A DNA stretch of 32,000 bases. It comes from Haloferax volcanii DS2. GTDB taxonomy: Archaea > Halobacteriota > Halobacteria > Halobacteriales > Haloferacaceae. A model generated the notes under the pieces. It worked only from the letters and a program-made list of their open reading frames with translations. It ran no database searches and was not told where the DNA came from. Below are positions 17,511 through 26,841 of the stretch, piece by piece. Location: positions 1 through 32,000 of the forward strand of contig NC_013967.1 in assembly GCF_000025685.1 (NCBI RefSeq), read 5' to 3'. The first letter of the stretch is position 1. Each line of letters begins with the position of its first letter. A program made the position numbers and the translations under genes.

Positions 17511-17518
17511 AATTAAAA
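17511..17518 (-). promoter_or_regulatory. TATA box for the 17030-17488 gene
   Basis: The minus strand reads TTTTAATT, centred about 27 nt upstream of ATG 17488. Confidence 0.45.
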
Positions 17519-17584
17519 CGCGCGACGGGGGGGCGCGACCGGGTCGTCGTCGGACTCGCCCGTCTGTGCGGTCCGGTCCGAACG

Positions 17585-17592
17585 CATTTTCA
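17585..17592 (+). promoter_or_regulatory. TATA-like box for the methyltransferase gene
   Basis: CATTTTCA is centred 27 nt upstream of ATG 17615. Confidence 0.4.
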
Positions 17593-17614
17593 CCCCGGCG
17601 CGCGAGGCTCCGAT

Positions 17615-18295
17615 ATGAGCGTCCGCGACGAGTTCGACGCCTGGGCGGCCGACGGCCGCGACAAGGGCATGGAGGACCGACACTGGCACACCGCGAAGCA
17701 CGCGCTCGCACGGATGCCCGTCGAGGAAGGCGACACCGTCGTCGACCTCGGGACCGGAAGCGGCTACGCCCTCCGCGCGCTCCGCGACACGAAGGGTATC
17801 GGCCGCGGGTTCGGCCTCGACGGCTCGCCCGAGATGGTCCAGAACGCCCGCGCGTACACCGACACCGACGACCTCTCGTTTCTCGTCGGCGACTTCGACG
17901 ACCTCCCGTTCGACGACGACAGCGTCGACCACGTCTGGTCGATGGAGGCGTTCTACTACGCCGCCGACCCGCACCACACCCTCGAAGAAATCGCTCGTAT
18001 CCTCAAGCCGGGCGGCACGTTCTACTGCGCGGTCAATTATTACGAGGAGAACGTCCACTCCCACGAGTGGCAGGAGCACATCTCCATCGACATGACCCGC
18101 TGGTCCCACGCGGAGTACCGCGAGGCGTTCCGCGACGCCGGCCTCCACGTCGCGGAACAGGACTCCATCGCCGACCTCGACATCGACATCCCGGCGGCGA
18201 CCGAGTTCCCGACCGACGACTGGGAGACCCGCGAGGCGATGGTCGAGCGCTACCGGACGTTCGGCACGCTCCTGACCGTCGGCGTCGCGCCCTGA
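17615..18295 (+). CDS. Class I SAM-dependent methyltransferase
   Basis: 226 aa. Motif I VVDLGTGSGY, post-I acidic residue GLDGS, and the later motif LKPGGTFY. Confidence 0.85.
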   Translation: MSVRDEFDAWAADGRDKGMEDRHWHTAKHALARMPVEEGDTVVDLGTGSGYALRALRDTKGIGRGFGLDGSPEMVQNARAYTDTDDLSFLVGDFDDLPFDDDSVDHVWSMEAFYYAADPHHTLEEIARILKPGGTFYCAVNYYEENVHSHEWQEHISIDMTRWSHAEYREAFRDAGLHVAEQDSIADLDIDIPAATEFPTDDWETREAMVERYRTFGTLLTVGVAP

Positions 18296-18322
18296 GACGG
18301 CGGAAAAACCGACCGTCTCGAC

Positions 18323-19408
18323 CTATTCGACGACGTGAGCCGACGCCGGAGCGAATCCGACTTCCAGCGTCGCCCCGACCTCGAACCCCGCGTCCGACTG
18401 TTCGCCGCCGTCTTCGACCGCCACGACGAGTTCCGTTCCGCCCCAGTCGAGTCTGACCCGCGTCGTCGCCCCCTGAAACTCGGTGTCGACGACGGTCCCC
18501 CGAATTTTGTTCGTCCCCGCGCCGGCCCGGAGTTGTTCGGGGCGGACGCAGAAGGTGAGTTCGTCGCCGGCTCCCGCTCTCGACCCCGCCTCCCCGAGCA
18601 CCCGCGGCCCCTCGGCCAGCGTGAACACCGCGTCGCCGACGCCGACGCGAATCCCCCCCGTTTCCGGTCGAGACTCGACGACCCCGTCGAGGACGTTGTT
18701 CTCGCCGAGGAACTCCGCGACGAATCGCGTCCGCGGGCGGTGGTAGAGGTCGCGGGGGTCGCCGACCTGCTCGACGCGGCCGCCGTTGAGGACGGCCACC
18801 CGGTCCGAGACCGCCAGCGCCTCCGACTGGTCGTGGGTGACGTAGACGGTCGTCACGCCGAGGTCCGACTGGATGCGCTTTACCTGCCGGCGGAGTCGGT
18901 CCCTGAGTCGGGCGTCCAGCGCCGACATCGGCTCGTCGAGGAGCAGCAGGTCCGGGCCGGGCGCGAGAGCGCGGGCGAGCGCGACGCGCTGTTGTTGGCC
19001 GCCAGATAGCGAGTCGGGGTCGCGGTCTTCGAACCCCGCGAGGTCGACGAGGTCAAGCAGTTCCGCGACGCGGTCGTCGCGGGAGCCGCCGCCCGGCGGG
19101 TCGGTAAAGCGGAGGCCGTAGGCGACGTTCTCGCCGACGCTGAGGTGCGGGAACAGCGCGTAGTTCTGGAACACGACGCCGACGCCCCGCGACTCGGGCG
19201 CGACGCCGACCATCGACTCGCCGTCGAAGCGGACGGTCCCCTCGGTCGGGGACTCGAAGCCGGCGATACAGCGGAGCGTGGTCGTCTTCCCGCAGCCGGA
19301 GGGGCCGACGAGCGTGAAGAACTCGCCGTCGTCGACCGACAGCGAGACGGAATCGAGCGCCGTCGCCGACCCGTAGCGTTTGGACACCGCGTCGAGTTCG
19401 AGTCTCAC
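18323..19408 (-). CDS. ABC importer ATP-binding protein (thiamine / Fe(III) / polyamine-type)
   Basis: 361 aa. Walker A GPSGCGKTT, signature LSGGQQQRVALARAL, Walker B LLLLDEP, H-loop, and a C-terminal TOBE-like domain. GTG start at 19408 with GGAGG 8 nt upstream. Confidence 0.9.
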   Translation of the reverse strand: MRLELDAVSKRYGSATALDSVSLSVDDGEFFTLVGPSGCGKTTTLRCIAGFESPTEGTVRFDGESMVGVAPESRGVGVVFQNYALFPHLSVGENVAYGLRFTDPPGGGSRDDRVAELLDLVDLAGFEDRDPDSLSGGQQQRVALARALAPGPDLLLLDEPMSALDARLRDRLRRQVKRIQSDLGVTTVYVTHDQSEALAVSDRVAVLNGGRVEQVGDPRDLYHRPRTRFVAEFLGENNVLDGVVESRPETGGIRVGVGDAVFTLAEGPRVLGEAGSRAGAGDELTFCVRPEQLRAGAGTNKIRGTVVDTEFQGATTRVRLDWGGTELVVAVEDGGEQSDAGFEVGATLEVGFAPASAHVVE

Positions 19409-19511
19409 GGGTTCGCCTCCGAAGTCACGTGCTCCCCTCGCCGGCGGACGGGCATAATTCTCACTTCCCGCGGTTCGTCTCCGTCTTGTTCTCCGGGCTC
19501 CCTCATCTCCC

Positions 19512-21233
19512 TCATAGCTCGCCCCACCGGCCGCCGAAGCGGTCGACGACGAGGAAGCTGGCGGACGTGACGAGAAGCAGGAGACAGCCCATCGCCGTCG
19601 CGGGGCCGAGCCGTCGACCGAGGAATCGCTCGACGGCGACGGGCATCGTGTAGCTTCCCGCGCCCTCCGCGAGGATGATGGTCGAGTCGAACTCGCCGAT
19701 GCTAATGGCGACGGCGAACGCCGCGCCCGCGACGACGCCGGTCCAGACGAGCGGGAGTTCGATATCCACGAGCGCGCGGGTTCTGGTCGCGCCGAGCGAG
19801 CGCGCGGACTCCACGAGCCGGCCGTCGAGCCGGGCGAAAAGCGGCGCGACGTTCCGGGTGACGAAGGGGTACGCGCCGACGGCGTGGGCCGCGACGATGG
19901 CGAGCGCGCCGGTGACGCGGATTCGCGTGCCCAACACGTCGACGCCGAACACCAGCCCGCGGAGCAGGCCGAGGCCGACGACGATGCCCGAGACGGCGAA
20001 CGGAGCCATCGAGAGCACGTCGATGAGCCCGCGCCCGCGGTACCGGCGGGTCGTGAGGACGGCCATCGTCACGCCCATCGGGACGGCCACGACGAGCGTC
20101 CCCGCGGCGAAGCCCAGCGAGTTCAGGATGGCCGGCAGGGGCTTGACCTGAAAGCTCGCGCCGGTCGCCTGCCGCTCGGCGAGGAAGGCGTAGTTGGCGA
20201 GGGTGAGGCCGCCGTCGCCGCCGGTGACGCTCGCCAGCACCATGCTGGCGACGGGGACGACGAACACCAGCCCGACGACGAGGGCGTAACCGCCGATGCC
20301 GACCGTCCGGAGCGTCGATTTCGGCGTCCAGTCAGCGGGAAGGACGGACTGACGGGGAAGCGGGTTCGCTGCGCCGCCGGCCGAGCGCTGGCTGGCCTCG
20401 TACCGGAGGTAGACTGCGGTCAGCGTAATCGAAACGGCCGTCTCGACGACCGCGAGGCTGGCGGCCTCGGCGTACGCGAGGTCCCGCACCCGCGAGTAGA
20501 CGAACACCTCGATGGTCGCCAGTTGGAAGCCGCCGAGCGCGAGGACGATGGGGAACGACGCGAAAGTGAAGATGAACGTCAGGGTCGCGCCGACGCCGAT
20601 AGACGGCAGGAGTTGGGGGAGGACCACGTCGCGGAAGGCCCGCCGCGGGTTCGCGCCGAGCGAGCGGGCGGTCTCGACGGTCCGGGCGTCCACACTCTCC
20701 CACGCGGCGGTGACGACGCGGGCGACGAGCGGGGCGTTGTAGAACGCGTGGGCGACGACGATGGCTTCGAGCGTGAACAGCAGTTCGACCGGCGGGAGGC
20801 CGACGAGAGAGAGCGCGCGGTTCAGCGTCCCGTTGCGGCCGAACGTCGCCACGAAGCCGATGGCGACCATGATGGAGGGCATGACGAACGGGAGGATGGT
20901 GAGCGAGCGGAGCGTCTCGCGGCCGCGGAACTCGAAGCGGGCGAACAGCCACGCGGCGGGGAGGCCGAGCGCGAGGCTGGCGAGCGTCGAGTAGAACGCC
21001 TGCTTCGCCGTGAACCAGATGATGTCGACGAGGTAGAACTCGCTCGTCAGCACCGCCGCGATGGGCTCGACGGTGAGCCGGCCGTCGGCGAGGACGGCGT
21101 CCGCGAAGACGGTGGCGACGGGGTAGTAAAACAGGACCAGAAGGACGACGGCGGTGAGCGCCGCGACGAGGGTGAGCAGCCGCTGTTCGAGGGCGCGGGC
21201 GACCCGGCGAACTGAGGCCGAGGCGCGGCTCAC
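19512..21233 (-). CDS. ABC importer permease, fused two-domain type (ThiP/FbpB-like)
   Basis: 573 aa with about 12 TM segments and two tandem permease modules. GTG start preceded by GAGGTGA (Shine-Dalgarno), 9 nt after the binding-protein stop. Confidence 0.88.
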   Translation of the reverse strand: MSRASASVRRVARALEQRLLTLVAALTAVVLLVLFYYPVATVFADAVLADGRLTVEPIAAVLTSEFYLVDIIWFTAKQAFYSTLASLALGLPAAWLFARFEFRGRETLRSLTILPFVMPSIMVAIGFVATFGRNGTLNRALSLVGLPPVELLFTLEAIVVAHAFYNAPLVARVVTAAWESVDARTVETARSLGANPRRAFRDVVLPQLLPSIGVGATLTFIFTFASFPIVLALGGFQLATIEVFVYSRVRDLAYAEAASLAVVETAVSITLTAVYLRYEASQRSAGGAANPLPRQSVLPADWTPKSTLRTVGIGGYALVVGLVFVVPVASMVLASVTGGDGGLTLANYAFLAERQATGASFQVKPLPAILNSLGFAAGTLVVAVPMGVTMAVLTTRRYRGRGLIDVLSMAPFAVSGIVVGLGLLRGLVFGVDVLGTRIRVTGALAIVAAHAVGAYPFVTRNVAPLFARLDGRLVESARSLGATRTRALVDIELPLVWTGVVAGAAFAVAISIGEFDSTIILAEGAGSYTMPVAVERFLGRRLGPATAMGCLLLLVTSASFLVVDRFGGRWGEL

Positions 21234-21242
21234 CGGCTCACC

Positions 21243-22379
21243 TCACTTACTGGCGAACTCGCGGGCCCACGCGTCGGTCCAGTCACTCAGGTTGTTCTGA
21301 AGCCGGTCGTACGAAAACGTGACGGCTTCCGGCGGCTCTTGGGCGTACTGCGCGAAGTCCTCGGGGAGTTCGGCGGTGGTCGTCGCCGGGAACTGGACGT
21401 TGCGGACGGCGATTTCGGCCTGCACCTCGGGCCGGAGCATGAAGTCCATGAACTCGACCGCGAGGTCGGGGTTCGACGCGTCCGCGAAGGGGGCCATCCC
21501 CTCGGGGTTGGCGTACGCCTGGTCGTTCAGGAAGCGAATCTGGTGTCTCGCCATGTCCTCGCCGGACTCGGCGGCGAACACCTGGTCGGTCGAGTACGAG
21601 ACGACCATCGGGGCCTCCCCGTTCGAGTAGGCGTTGTAGGTGTCCTCCCAGTTGCCGAGGACGCGCACGTCGTTTTCCTTCAGGCTCGCCCAGTAGTCGA
21701 GATAGCTGTCCTCGCCCTTGGCGTCGATGGTGTGGAGCAGGAACGCCTGCCCCGTCGCCGACGACGTGGGGTTCTGCGCGAGGAGCGCGCCCGCGTATTC
21801 GGAGTCCAGCAGGCCGTCGAACGTCTCGGGGGCGACGAAGTCGCCGTCGCCGTAGGTCTCGTCGTAGACGAGCGAGATGTAGCCCGTGTCGTAGGGGACC
21901 GCTCGGCCCTGCGGGTCGAAGTTCAACCCCTCCTTTACGTCGTCGATGCGGGACAGCCCCTCGGCGGGCGAAAACAGCGCCTCGTCGAGCTCCCGGTCGA
22001 TGCGGACGAGCATCTGCGCGTCGAGGCCGACGTAGAGGTCCGCGCCGGACTCGACGCCCCGGAGGCCGCGCTCGATGTAGTAGTTCACGCCCGAGTCGGG
22101 CGTCTGCCACTCCAGCGTCGCGTCGAACTCCGACTCGAACGTCTCTTTCAGCCACGGGCCGGGGCTCGAACTCGGCGCGTCGACGAACGAGCCGTAGGTG
22201 CCGACGGTGAGCGTCCGCGACTCGCCGCCCGCGGTCGTCCCTTCGGTCGTCGCTGTCGTCTCGGTCGCGTCGCCCGAGGCCTCGGTCGTCGTCTGCTCGC
22301 CGCCGGTCCCGGTACAGCCGGCGAGGAGCGCGGAGACGCCTCCCGCCCCGGCGGCCCTGAGGAAGCTACGTCGTCTCAT
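21243..22379 (-). CDS. ABC importer substrate-binding lipoprotein with Tat signal (thiamine/Fe(III)-binding family)
   Basis: 378 aa. The N-terminus MRRRSFLRAAGAGGVSALLAGC combines a twin-arginine motif with a lipobox Cys. A Thr/Glu/Gly-rich linker is followed by a periplasmic-binding-protein fold. Confidence 0.88.
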   Translation of the reverse strand: MRRRSFLRAAGAGGVSALLAGCTGTGGEQTTTEASGDATETTATTEGTTAGGESRTLTVGTYGSFVDAPSSSPGPWLKETFESEFDATLEWQTPDSGVNYYIERGLRGVESGADLYVGLDAQMLVRIDRELDEALFSPAEGLSRIDDVKEGLNFDPQGRAVPYDTGYISLVYDETYGDGDFVAPETFDGLLDSEYAGALLAQNPTSSATGQAFLLHTIDAKGEDSYLDYWASLKENDVRVLGNWEDTYNAYSNGEAPMVVSYSTDQVFAAESGEDMARHQIRFLNDQAYANPEGMAPFADASNPDLAVEFMDFMLRPEVQAEIAVRNVQFPATTTAELPEDFAQYAQEPPEAVTFSYDRLQNNLSDWTDAWAREFASK

Positions 22380-22509
22380 TACTCGGTTGTTGTACTCTGT
22401 GGTACTTAACGGGCGTGATGTTCGCGGGGCCGGGTAAACGGCCGAATCAGTCGGTTTCGAGGGTTGTCACGGGAGAACGGCTTTACCGTCAGCGAGAGTA
22501 TCACGGGCG

Positions 22510-23400
22510 ATGACTGCTTCTCGCCCGTACGTCCTCGGCGGCGTGTTCGCCCTCTTTGCGCTCCTCGCGGCGGTCCTGCTCGTAGACGTGCTGGCGACGG
22601 TGTTTTTCGCCATCACCGTCGCCTACCTGCTCGTCCCGCTCAGGCGACGCCTCGAAGCGTGCGGGGCCTCCCGGTGGGTCGCCAGCCTCGCCGCCACCGT
22701 CGTCGCGGCGGTCGGCGTCGGCGTCGTGCTCGCGCCGCTCGTCGTCATCCTCTTTCTCCGCCTGAGTGACATCCTCGAACTCGCGGCGCTCCTCCCCGAC
22801 GTGGTGACTATCGAGTTCCTCGGGATGGTCGAGACGGTGACGCTGGACGACGTGGTCGCGGTCGGTCTCGGTCTGCTCCGGTCGGTCGGCCGCACCGCCG
22901 CCACCGCCGCGCCCGTGGTCCTCATCAAACTCACGCTGTTCGGCTTCCTCGTGTTCGCGCTGCTCCTCAGCGGCGACGCGGTCGGGCGGACGCTCCCCGC
23001 GCTGGTCCCGGCCGACTACCGGGGCGCGGCGACGGCGCTCAACGAGCGGGCTCGCGAGACGCTGTTCGCTATCTACGTCTTGCAGGCGGCGACCGCCGTC
23101 GGCACGTTCGCCATCGGCCTCGTCGTCTTCTGGGCGCTCGGCTACGACTACGTCGTCACGCTCGCGACAGTCGCGGCCGTTCTCCAGTTCATCCCCATCG
23201 TCGGCCCGAGCGTCCTGCTCGCGGCGATGGCCGCCTACCACGCCGCCGTCGGCGACGTCGTCGCCGCCGCGCTCGTCGTCGCGCTCCTCGCGGAGTCGGT
23301 CGACCTGCTCGGCGCGGAGTTACGCGTCGACGACGTGGGTGGTGACGGCGACGAGCGCGACGAGTCCGCGGACGACTCGGTCGACCCGAGTCAGCCGTAA
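22510..23400 (+). CDS. AI-2E (PerM/UPF0118) family transporter-like membrane protein
   Basis: 296 aa, polytopic, with LQFIPIVGPSVLL, the FIPxxGP motif typical of the family. It is shorter than usual after that motif and ends in an acidic tail. Confidence 0.6.
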   Translation: MTASRPYVLGGVFALFALLAAVLLVDVLATVFFAITVAYLLVPLRRRLEACGASRWVASLAATVVAAVGVGVVLAPLVVILFLRLSDILELAALLPDVVTIEFLGMVETVTLDDVVAVGLGLLRSVGRTAATAAPVVLIKLTLFGFLVFALLLSGDAVGRTLPALVPADYRGAATALNERARETLFAIYVLQAATAVGTFAIGLVVFWALGYDYVVTLATVAAVLQFIPIVGPSVLLAAMAAYHAAVGDVVAAALVVALLAESVDLLGAELRVDDVGGDGDERDESADDSVDPSQP

Positions 23401-23409
23401 CCTCGCTCG

Positions 23410-24186
23410 TCAGCCCTCGACGACCGCGCCGTCGCGCTCCTCCCACTCGGTGAGGCTGCCCTCGTAGAACGCCACGTCGTCGTAGCCGAGGTGAGAGAGC
23501 ACGACGTAGGTGTGGCTGATGCGCCGGGCGGTGTTGCAGTAGAGGACGACCCGCCGGTCCGGGGTGACGCCCACGGCGTCCAGAATCGCGTCGAGTTCGT
23601 CCCGCGGTTTCAGCCCGCGCGTCTCGTCGTCGACGAGTTCGCGCCAGTCGAGGTTGACCGCGCCGGGGAGGTGCCCCTCGTCATACTCCGCGGGGTCGCG
23701 GGTGTCCACGATGACGGTCTCGGGGTCGTCGAGCGCGGCCTCGACGGCCTCGAAATCCACGAGCGGCGTCTCGGCCGGCTCGGTTATCTCGTAGACCGTT
23801 CCCGCGACCTCGCTCGCCTCGGTCGTCGTCTCGCGCTCGCGGTTCCACGCGCTGAAGTCGCCGTCGAGGAGGTGGAGCCTGTCGGGGTCGTGGCCGTAGA
23901 GGAGCGCGGTCACGAGAAAGCGCGCGGCGAAGACGCCGTGGGTGTCGTCGTAGGCGACCACGTCGTCGTCGGCCGCGACGCCCGCGCCCGACAGGAGGTC
24001 GGTCCACGCGTCGCGGCCGGGAAGCATCCCCACGTCGCCGTCGGCGCTTCGGAACTCGTCGAAGGGTATCGACACCGCGCCGGGGAGGTGTCCGATGCCG
24101 TCGAACTCCCAGCCGTCGCGCACGTCCACCACGCGCACGTCGTCGAGTCGGTCCGCGAGCCACGTCGGAGAGACCACGTCTACCAT
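23410..24186 (-). CDS. Tandem-rhodanese sulfurtransferase
   Basis: 258 aa from ATG 24186 (MVDVVSPTWLADRL...). Two rhodanese domains with the active-site loop YCNTARRIS in the second. The 53 upstream codons of the track ORF are basic and not gene-like. Confidence 0.85.
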   Translation of the reverse strand: MVDVVSPTWLADRLDDVRVVDVRDGWEFDGIGHLPGAVSIPFDEFRSADGDVGMLPGRDAWTDLLSGAGVAADDDVVAYDDTHGVFAARFLVTALLYGHDPDRLHLLDGDFSAWNRERETTTEASEVAGTVYEITEPAETPLVDFEAVEAALDDPETVIVDTRDPAEYDEGHLPGAVNLDWRELVDDETRGLKPRDELDAILDAVGVTPDRRVVLYCNTARRISHTYVVLSHLGYDDVAFYEGSLTEWEERDGAVVEG

Positions 24187-24437
24187 GCCCCCACGTTTCC
24201 GGGCCGCGGATTTAGGTCCGCCCCTCCTCGCACCCCTCGCCCCATGTCCGGGGTAGCGGATGTTGTTGCTGGTTCCGTTGGATACCGGACTGAAACCCAC
24301 CGAGACGGCCGTTCTCTGAATCCCTTTCGTCGTCTCTCGGGGCATACTCAGGCTAATATTGCCGCATCACCCGAGGTCAGGCCGTACATGCCGTCGCTGT
24401 GAGAGTTATGGGCCTTCCTGTTGTACGGTGAAACGCG

Positions 24438-25298
24438 ATGTCAAACTCCGATTACGCGAAGGACGTACTCGTCTCTGCGGACTGGGTGGAGAGCCACCTC
24501 GACGAGTTCCAGAGCGACGACCCGGCGTACCGACTCGTCGAAGTGGACGTGGACACCGAGGCGTACGACGAGAGTCACGCCCCCGGTGCCATCGGGTTCA
24601 ACTGGGAGTCCCAGCTGCAGGACCAGACGACCCGTGACGTGCTGACCAAGGAGGACTTCGAGGACCTCCTCGGCTCCCACGGCATCTCCGAGGACTCTAC
24701 GGTCGTCCTCTACGGCGACAACTCCAACTGGTTCGCCGCCTACACCTATTGGCAGTTCAAGTACTACGGCCACGAGAACGTTCACCTGATGAACGGCGGC
24801 CGCGACTACTGGGTCGACAACGACTATCCGACGACCGACGAAATCCCGTCCTTCCCGGAGCAAGACTACAGCGCCAAGGGTCCCTTCGAGGACATCCGCG
24901 CGTACCGCGACGACGTCGAGAAGGCGGTCGACAAGGGTCTTCCCCTCGTCGACGTTCGCTCGCCCGAAGAGTTCTCCGGCGAGATTCTCGCGCCCCCGGG
25001 ACTGCAGGAGACCGCCCAGCGCGGCGGCCACATCCCCGGCGCGAGCAACATCTCGTGGGCCGCGACCGTCAACGACGACGGCACCTTCAAGTCTGCCGAC
25101 GAACTCCGCGACCTCTACGCGGACCAGGGCATCGAAGGCGACGAGTCCACCATCGCCTACTGCCGCATCGGCGAGCGCTCGTCCATCGCGTGGTTCGCCC
25201 TTCACGAACTCCTCGGCTACGAGAACGTCACCAACTACGACGGCTCGTGGACGGAGTGGGGCAACCTCGTCGGCGCGCCCGTCGAGAAGGGTAACTGA
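24438..25298 (+). CDS. Thiosulfate / 3-mercaptopyruvate sulfurtransferase (tandem rhodanese)
   Basis: 286 aa. Two rhodanese domains with the active-site loop YCRIGERSS in the C-terminal domain. Confidence 0.9.
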   Translation: MSNSDYAKDVLVSADWVESHLDEFQSDDPAYRLVEVDVDTEAYDESHAPGAIGFNWESQLQDQTTRDVLTKEDFEDLLGSHGISEDSTVVLYGDNSNWFAAYTYWQFKYYGHENVHLMNGGRDYWVDNDYPTTDEIPSFPEQDYSAKGPFEDIRAYRDDVEKAVDKGLPLVDVRSPEEFSGEILAPPGLQETAQRGGHIPGASNISWAATVNDDGTFKSADELRDLYADQGIEGDESTIAYCRIGERSSIAWFALHELLGYENVTNYDGSWTEWGNLVGAPVEKGN

Positions 25299-25341
25299 GC
25301 CGCCTCGGCCTCAGTTCGTTTCGATACCGACCGACCGGTTC

Positions 25342-25346
25342 TTTTT
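25342..25346 (+). terminator. Oligo-T tract downstream of the rhodanese gene
   Basis: TTTTT lies 44 nt after the stop at 25298 and is preceded by the GC hairpin GCCG(CCT)CGGC. Archaeal termination commonly uses T-runs. Confidence 0.35.
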
Positions 25347-25351
25347 GGGGT

Positions 25352-26794
25352 TCACATCGGCAGGACGCTGATGCCGACGGCGACGAGTACGCCCGCGCCG
25401 AGAAGCACCATCACGCAGTAGCCCATGATGTCGCGGACCGACAGGCCGCTGATGGAGAGCAGCGGGATGGCCCAGAAGGGCTGAATCATGTTGGTCCACG
25501 CGTCGCCCCACGAGGCGGCGACGGCGACCCGCGGGATGGACTCGCCGGACGCCTTCGCGGCCGTGACGAGCGTCTCGCCGATGACGGCCCACTCGCCCCC
25601 GCCGGAGGGGACGAAGAAGTTCACGAGGCCGGCGGTGAAGAAGGCAAAGGCCGGGAGCGTCCCGTCGGGCGCGACGGCGACCATGCCCTGTGCGATTTGC
25701 GTGGCGAGGCTGACGGAGCCCTCCGGCGCGTAGGCCATGATGCCCATGATGCCCGCGTAGAAGGGGAACTGGAGGATGATTCCCCAGACGTTCTCGACGG
25801 CCTCGACGACGGCCTCGATGTACGCCTTGGGCGTCCCGTGGAACAGCACGCCGAGAAAGAGGAAACCGAAGTTGACGATGTTCAGGTTGAGATTGTTCCA
25901 CGGCATCGTCCCGTTCTGGACGCCCTCCCAGAAGTACAGGGCGACCGCGAGCAGGCCGACGACGCCGATTGCCACGCCGATGCCGAGCGAGTGCTCGATG
26001 CGCGTCGCGAGCGAGGCGTCGTCGGGGACGGCCGTGGAGGCCCACCCGCCGGTCGCCTGCTCGCCGCCGTCGGTCGCCGTCTCGAACGCCGCGGGGTCGA
26101 TGGGCGTCTTCTTCGCGTCGTCGGTCGGGTACATGAGCGCGAACAGCGCCGGCAGGAAGAGGAAGCCGACCGCGACGACCAACACGAGGTTGGCGACCGT
26201 GAAGATGGTCCCGCCGGTGCCGAACGTCGTGTCGAGGATGCCCGCCTCGATGAGGAAGTTCCCCTCGGTGTTCAACAGGAGCGGAATCGACCCCGCGAGA
26301 CCGCCGTGCCAGACGACGAACCCGGAGTACGCCCCGGCGACGACGATGGGGAAGTCGATGCCGCGCATCTCGGTCGCTATCTTCCGGGCGAACAGCGCCC
26401 CGACGACGAGGCCGAGGCCCCAGTGGACGAACGACGCCCCGGCGGCGACGACCGGAACCATCGCGGCCGCGCCCCGTTCGGTGTTCGGGACGCCCGCAAG
26501 TCGTGTCAAGAGCCAGTCCACGGGCTTCGTCTGCGCGAGCGCGTAGCCCGTCATCAGGATGAGCGTCATCTGCATCCCGAACGAAAGCAGGTTCCAGAAG
26601 CCCCCGTACCAGCCGTCGAGAAGCAGGTTTCCGGCGTGCCCCACCATGCCGACCCCCTCGGCCGGCGCGACCGACACCAGCGCCAGCACGAACGCCACTC
26701 CGGTCAGGATGATGGCGAACAGGAACGCGTCGGGGAGGTACTGTTCGACCAGTTTCGAACTGCGCTCCGCCGCCTGCCTGATAGCGTTTGTCAT
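25352..26794 (-). CDS. Short-chain fatty acid transporter, AtoE family
   Basis: 480 aa from ATG 26794 (MTNAIRQAAERSSKLVEQYLPDAFLFAIILT...). The N-terminal ..LPD..hFA.hLT pattern and about 12 TM segments match AtoE as I recall it. The track start at 26821 is a TTG inside the AT-rich promoter. Confidence 0.7.
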   Translation of the reverse strand: MTNAIRQAAERSSKLVEQYLPDAFLFAIILTGVAFVLALVSVAPAEGVGMVGHAGNLLLDGWYGGFWNLLSFGMQMTLILMTGYALAQTKPVDWLLTRLAGVPNTERGAAAMVPVVAAGASFVHWGLGLVVGALFARKIATEMRGIDFPIVVAGAYSGFVVWHGGLAGSIPLLLNTEGNFLIEAGILDTTFGTGGTIFTVANLVLVVAVGFLFLPALFALMYPTDDAKKTPIDPAAFETATDGGEQATGGWASTAVPDDASLATRIEHSLGIGVAIGVVGLLAVALYFWEGVQNGTMPWNNLNLNIVNFGFLFLGVLFHGTPKAYIEAVVEAVENVWGIILQFPFYAGIMGIMAYAPEGSVSLATQIAQGMVAVAPDGTLPAFAFFTAGLVNFFVPSGGGEWAVIGETLVTAAKASGESIPRVAVAASWGDAWTNMIQPFWAIPLLSISGLSVRDIMGYCVMVLLGAGVLVAVGISVLPM

Positions 26795-26807
26795 AGCTCG
26801 GATAACC

Positions 26808-26841
26808 TCATGATAATACAATATATAATGTTTAATATTCC
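26808..26841. promoter_or_regulatory. AT-rich island in the divergent promoter region
   Basis: TCATGATAATACAATATATAATGTTTAATATTCC is by far the most AT-rich stretch I saw in the window. It lies 14-47 nt upstream of the AtoE-like start. Confidence 0.5.

Noticed and set aside
17508-17531. Weaker GAAAC/AAAC...G-string look-alikes of the ORB-like box: 17508-17531(+), 14890-14905(-), 24189-24205(-), 27575-27591(-), 18651-18670(-) and 19847-19870(+).
   Set aside because: They match only the right half or need gaps, at 14-16 of 21 positions or fewer, and the left dyad half is absent. Several overlap TATA boxes or coding sequence. I did not count them as family members, though a PWM scan should re-evaluate them.
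22380-22509. Possible TPP riboswitch upstream of the thiamine/Fe(III)-type ABC operon.
   Set aside because: I read both strands and found no CUGAGA or ACCUGAUCUGGAUAAUGCCAGCG-like conserved elements. Only an inverted CGGTAAA motif is present, which fits two divergent TATA-like boxes. The substrate assignment of the transporter is itself uncertain.
23189-23400. Possible frameshift or truncation of the AI-2E-like transporter, which is short after the FIPxxGP motif and has an acidic tail.
   Set aside because: I translated the other two forward frames across 23281-23400. Neither continues as hydrophobic transmembrane sequence: one is Ser/Arg/Thr-rich and the other hits a stop. There is therefore no evidence of a frameshift, and the short C-terminus appears genuine.
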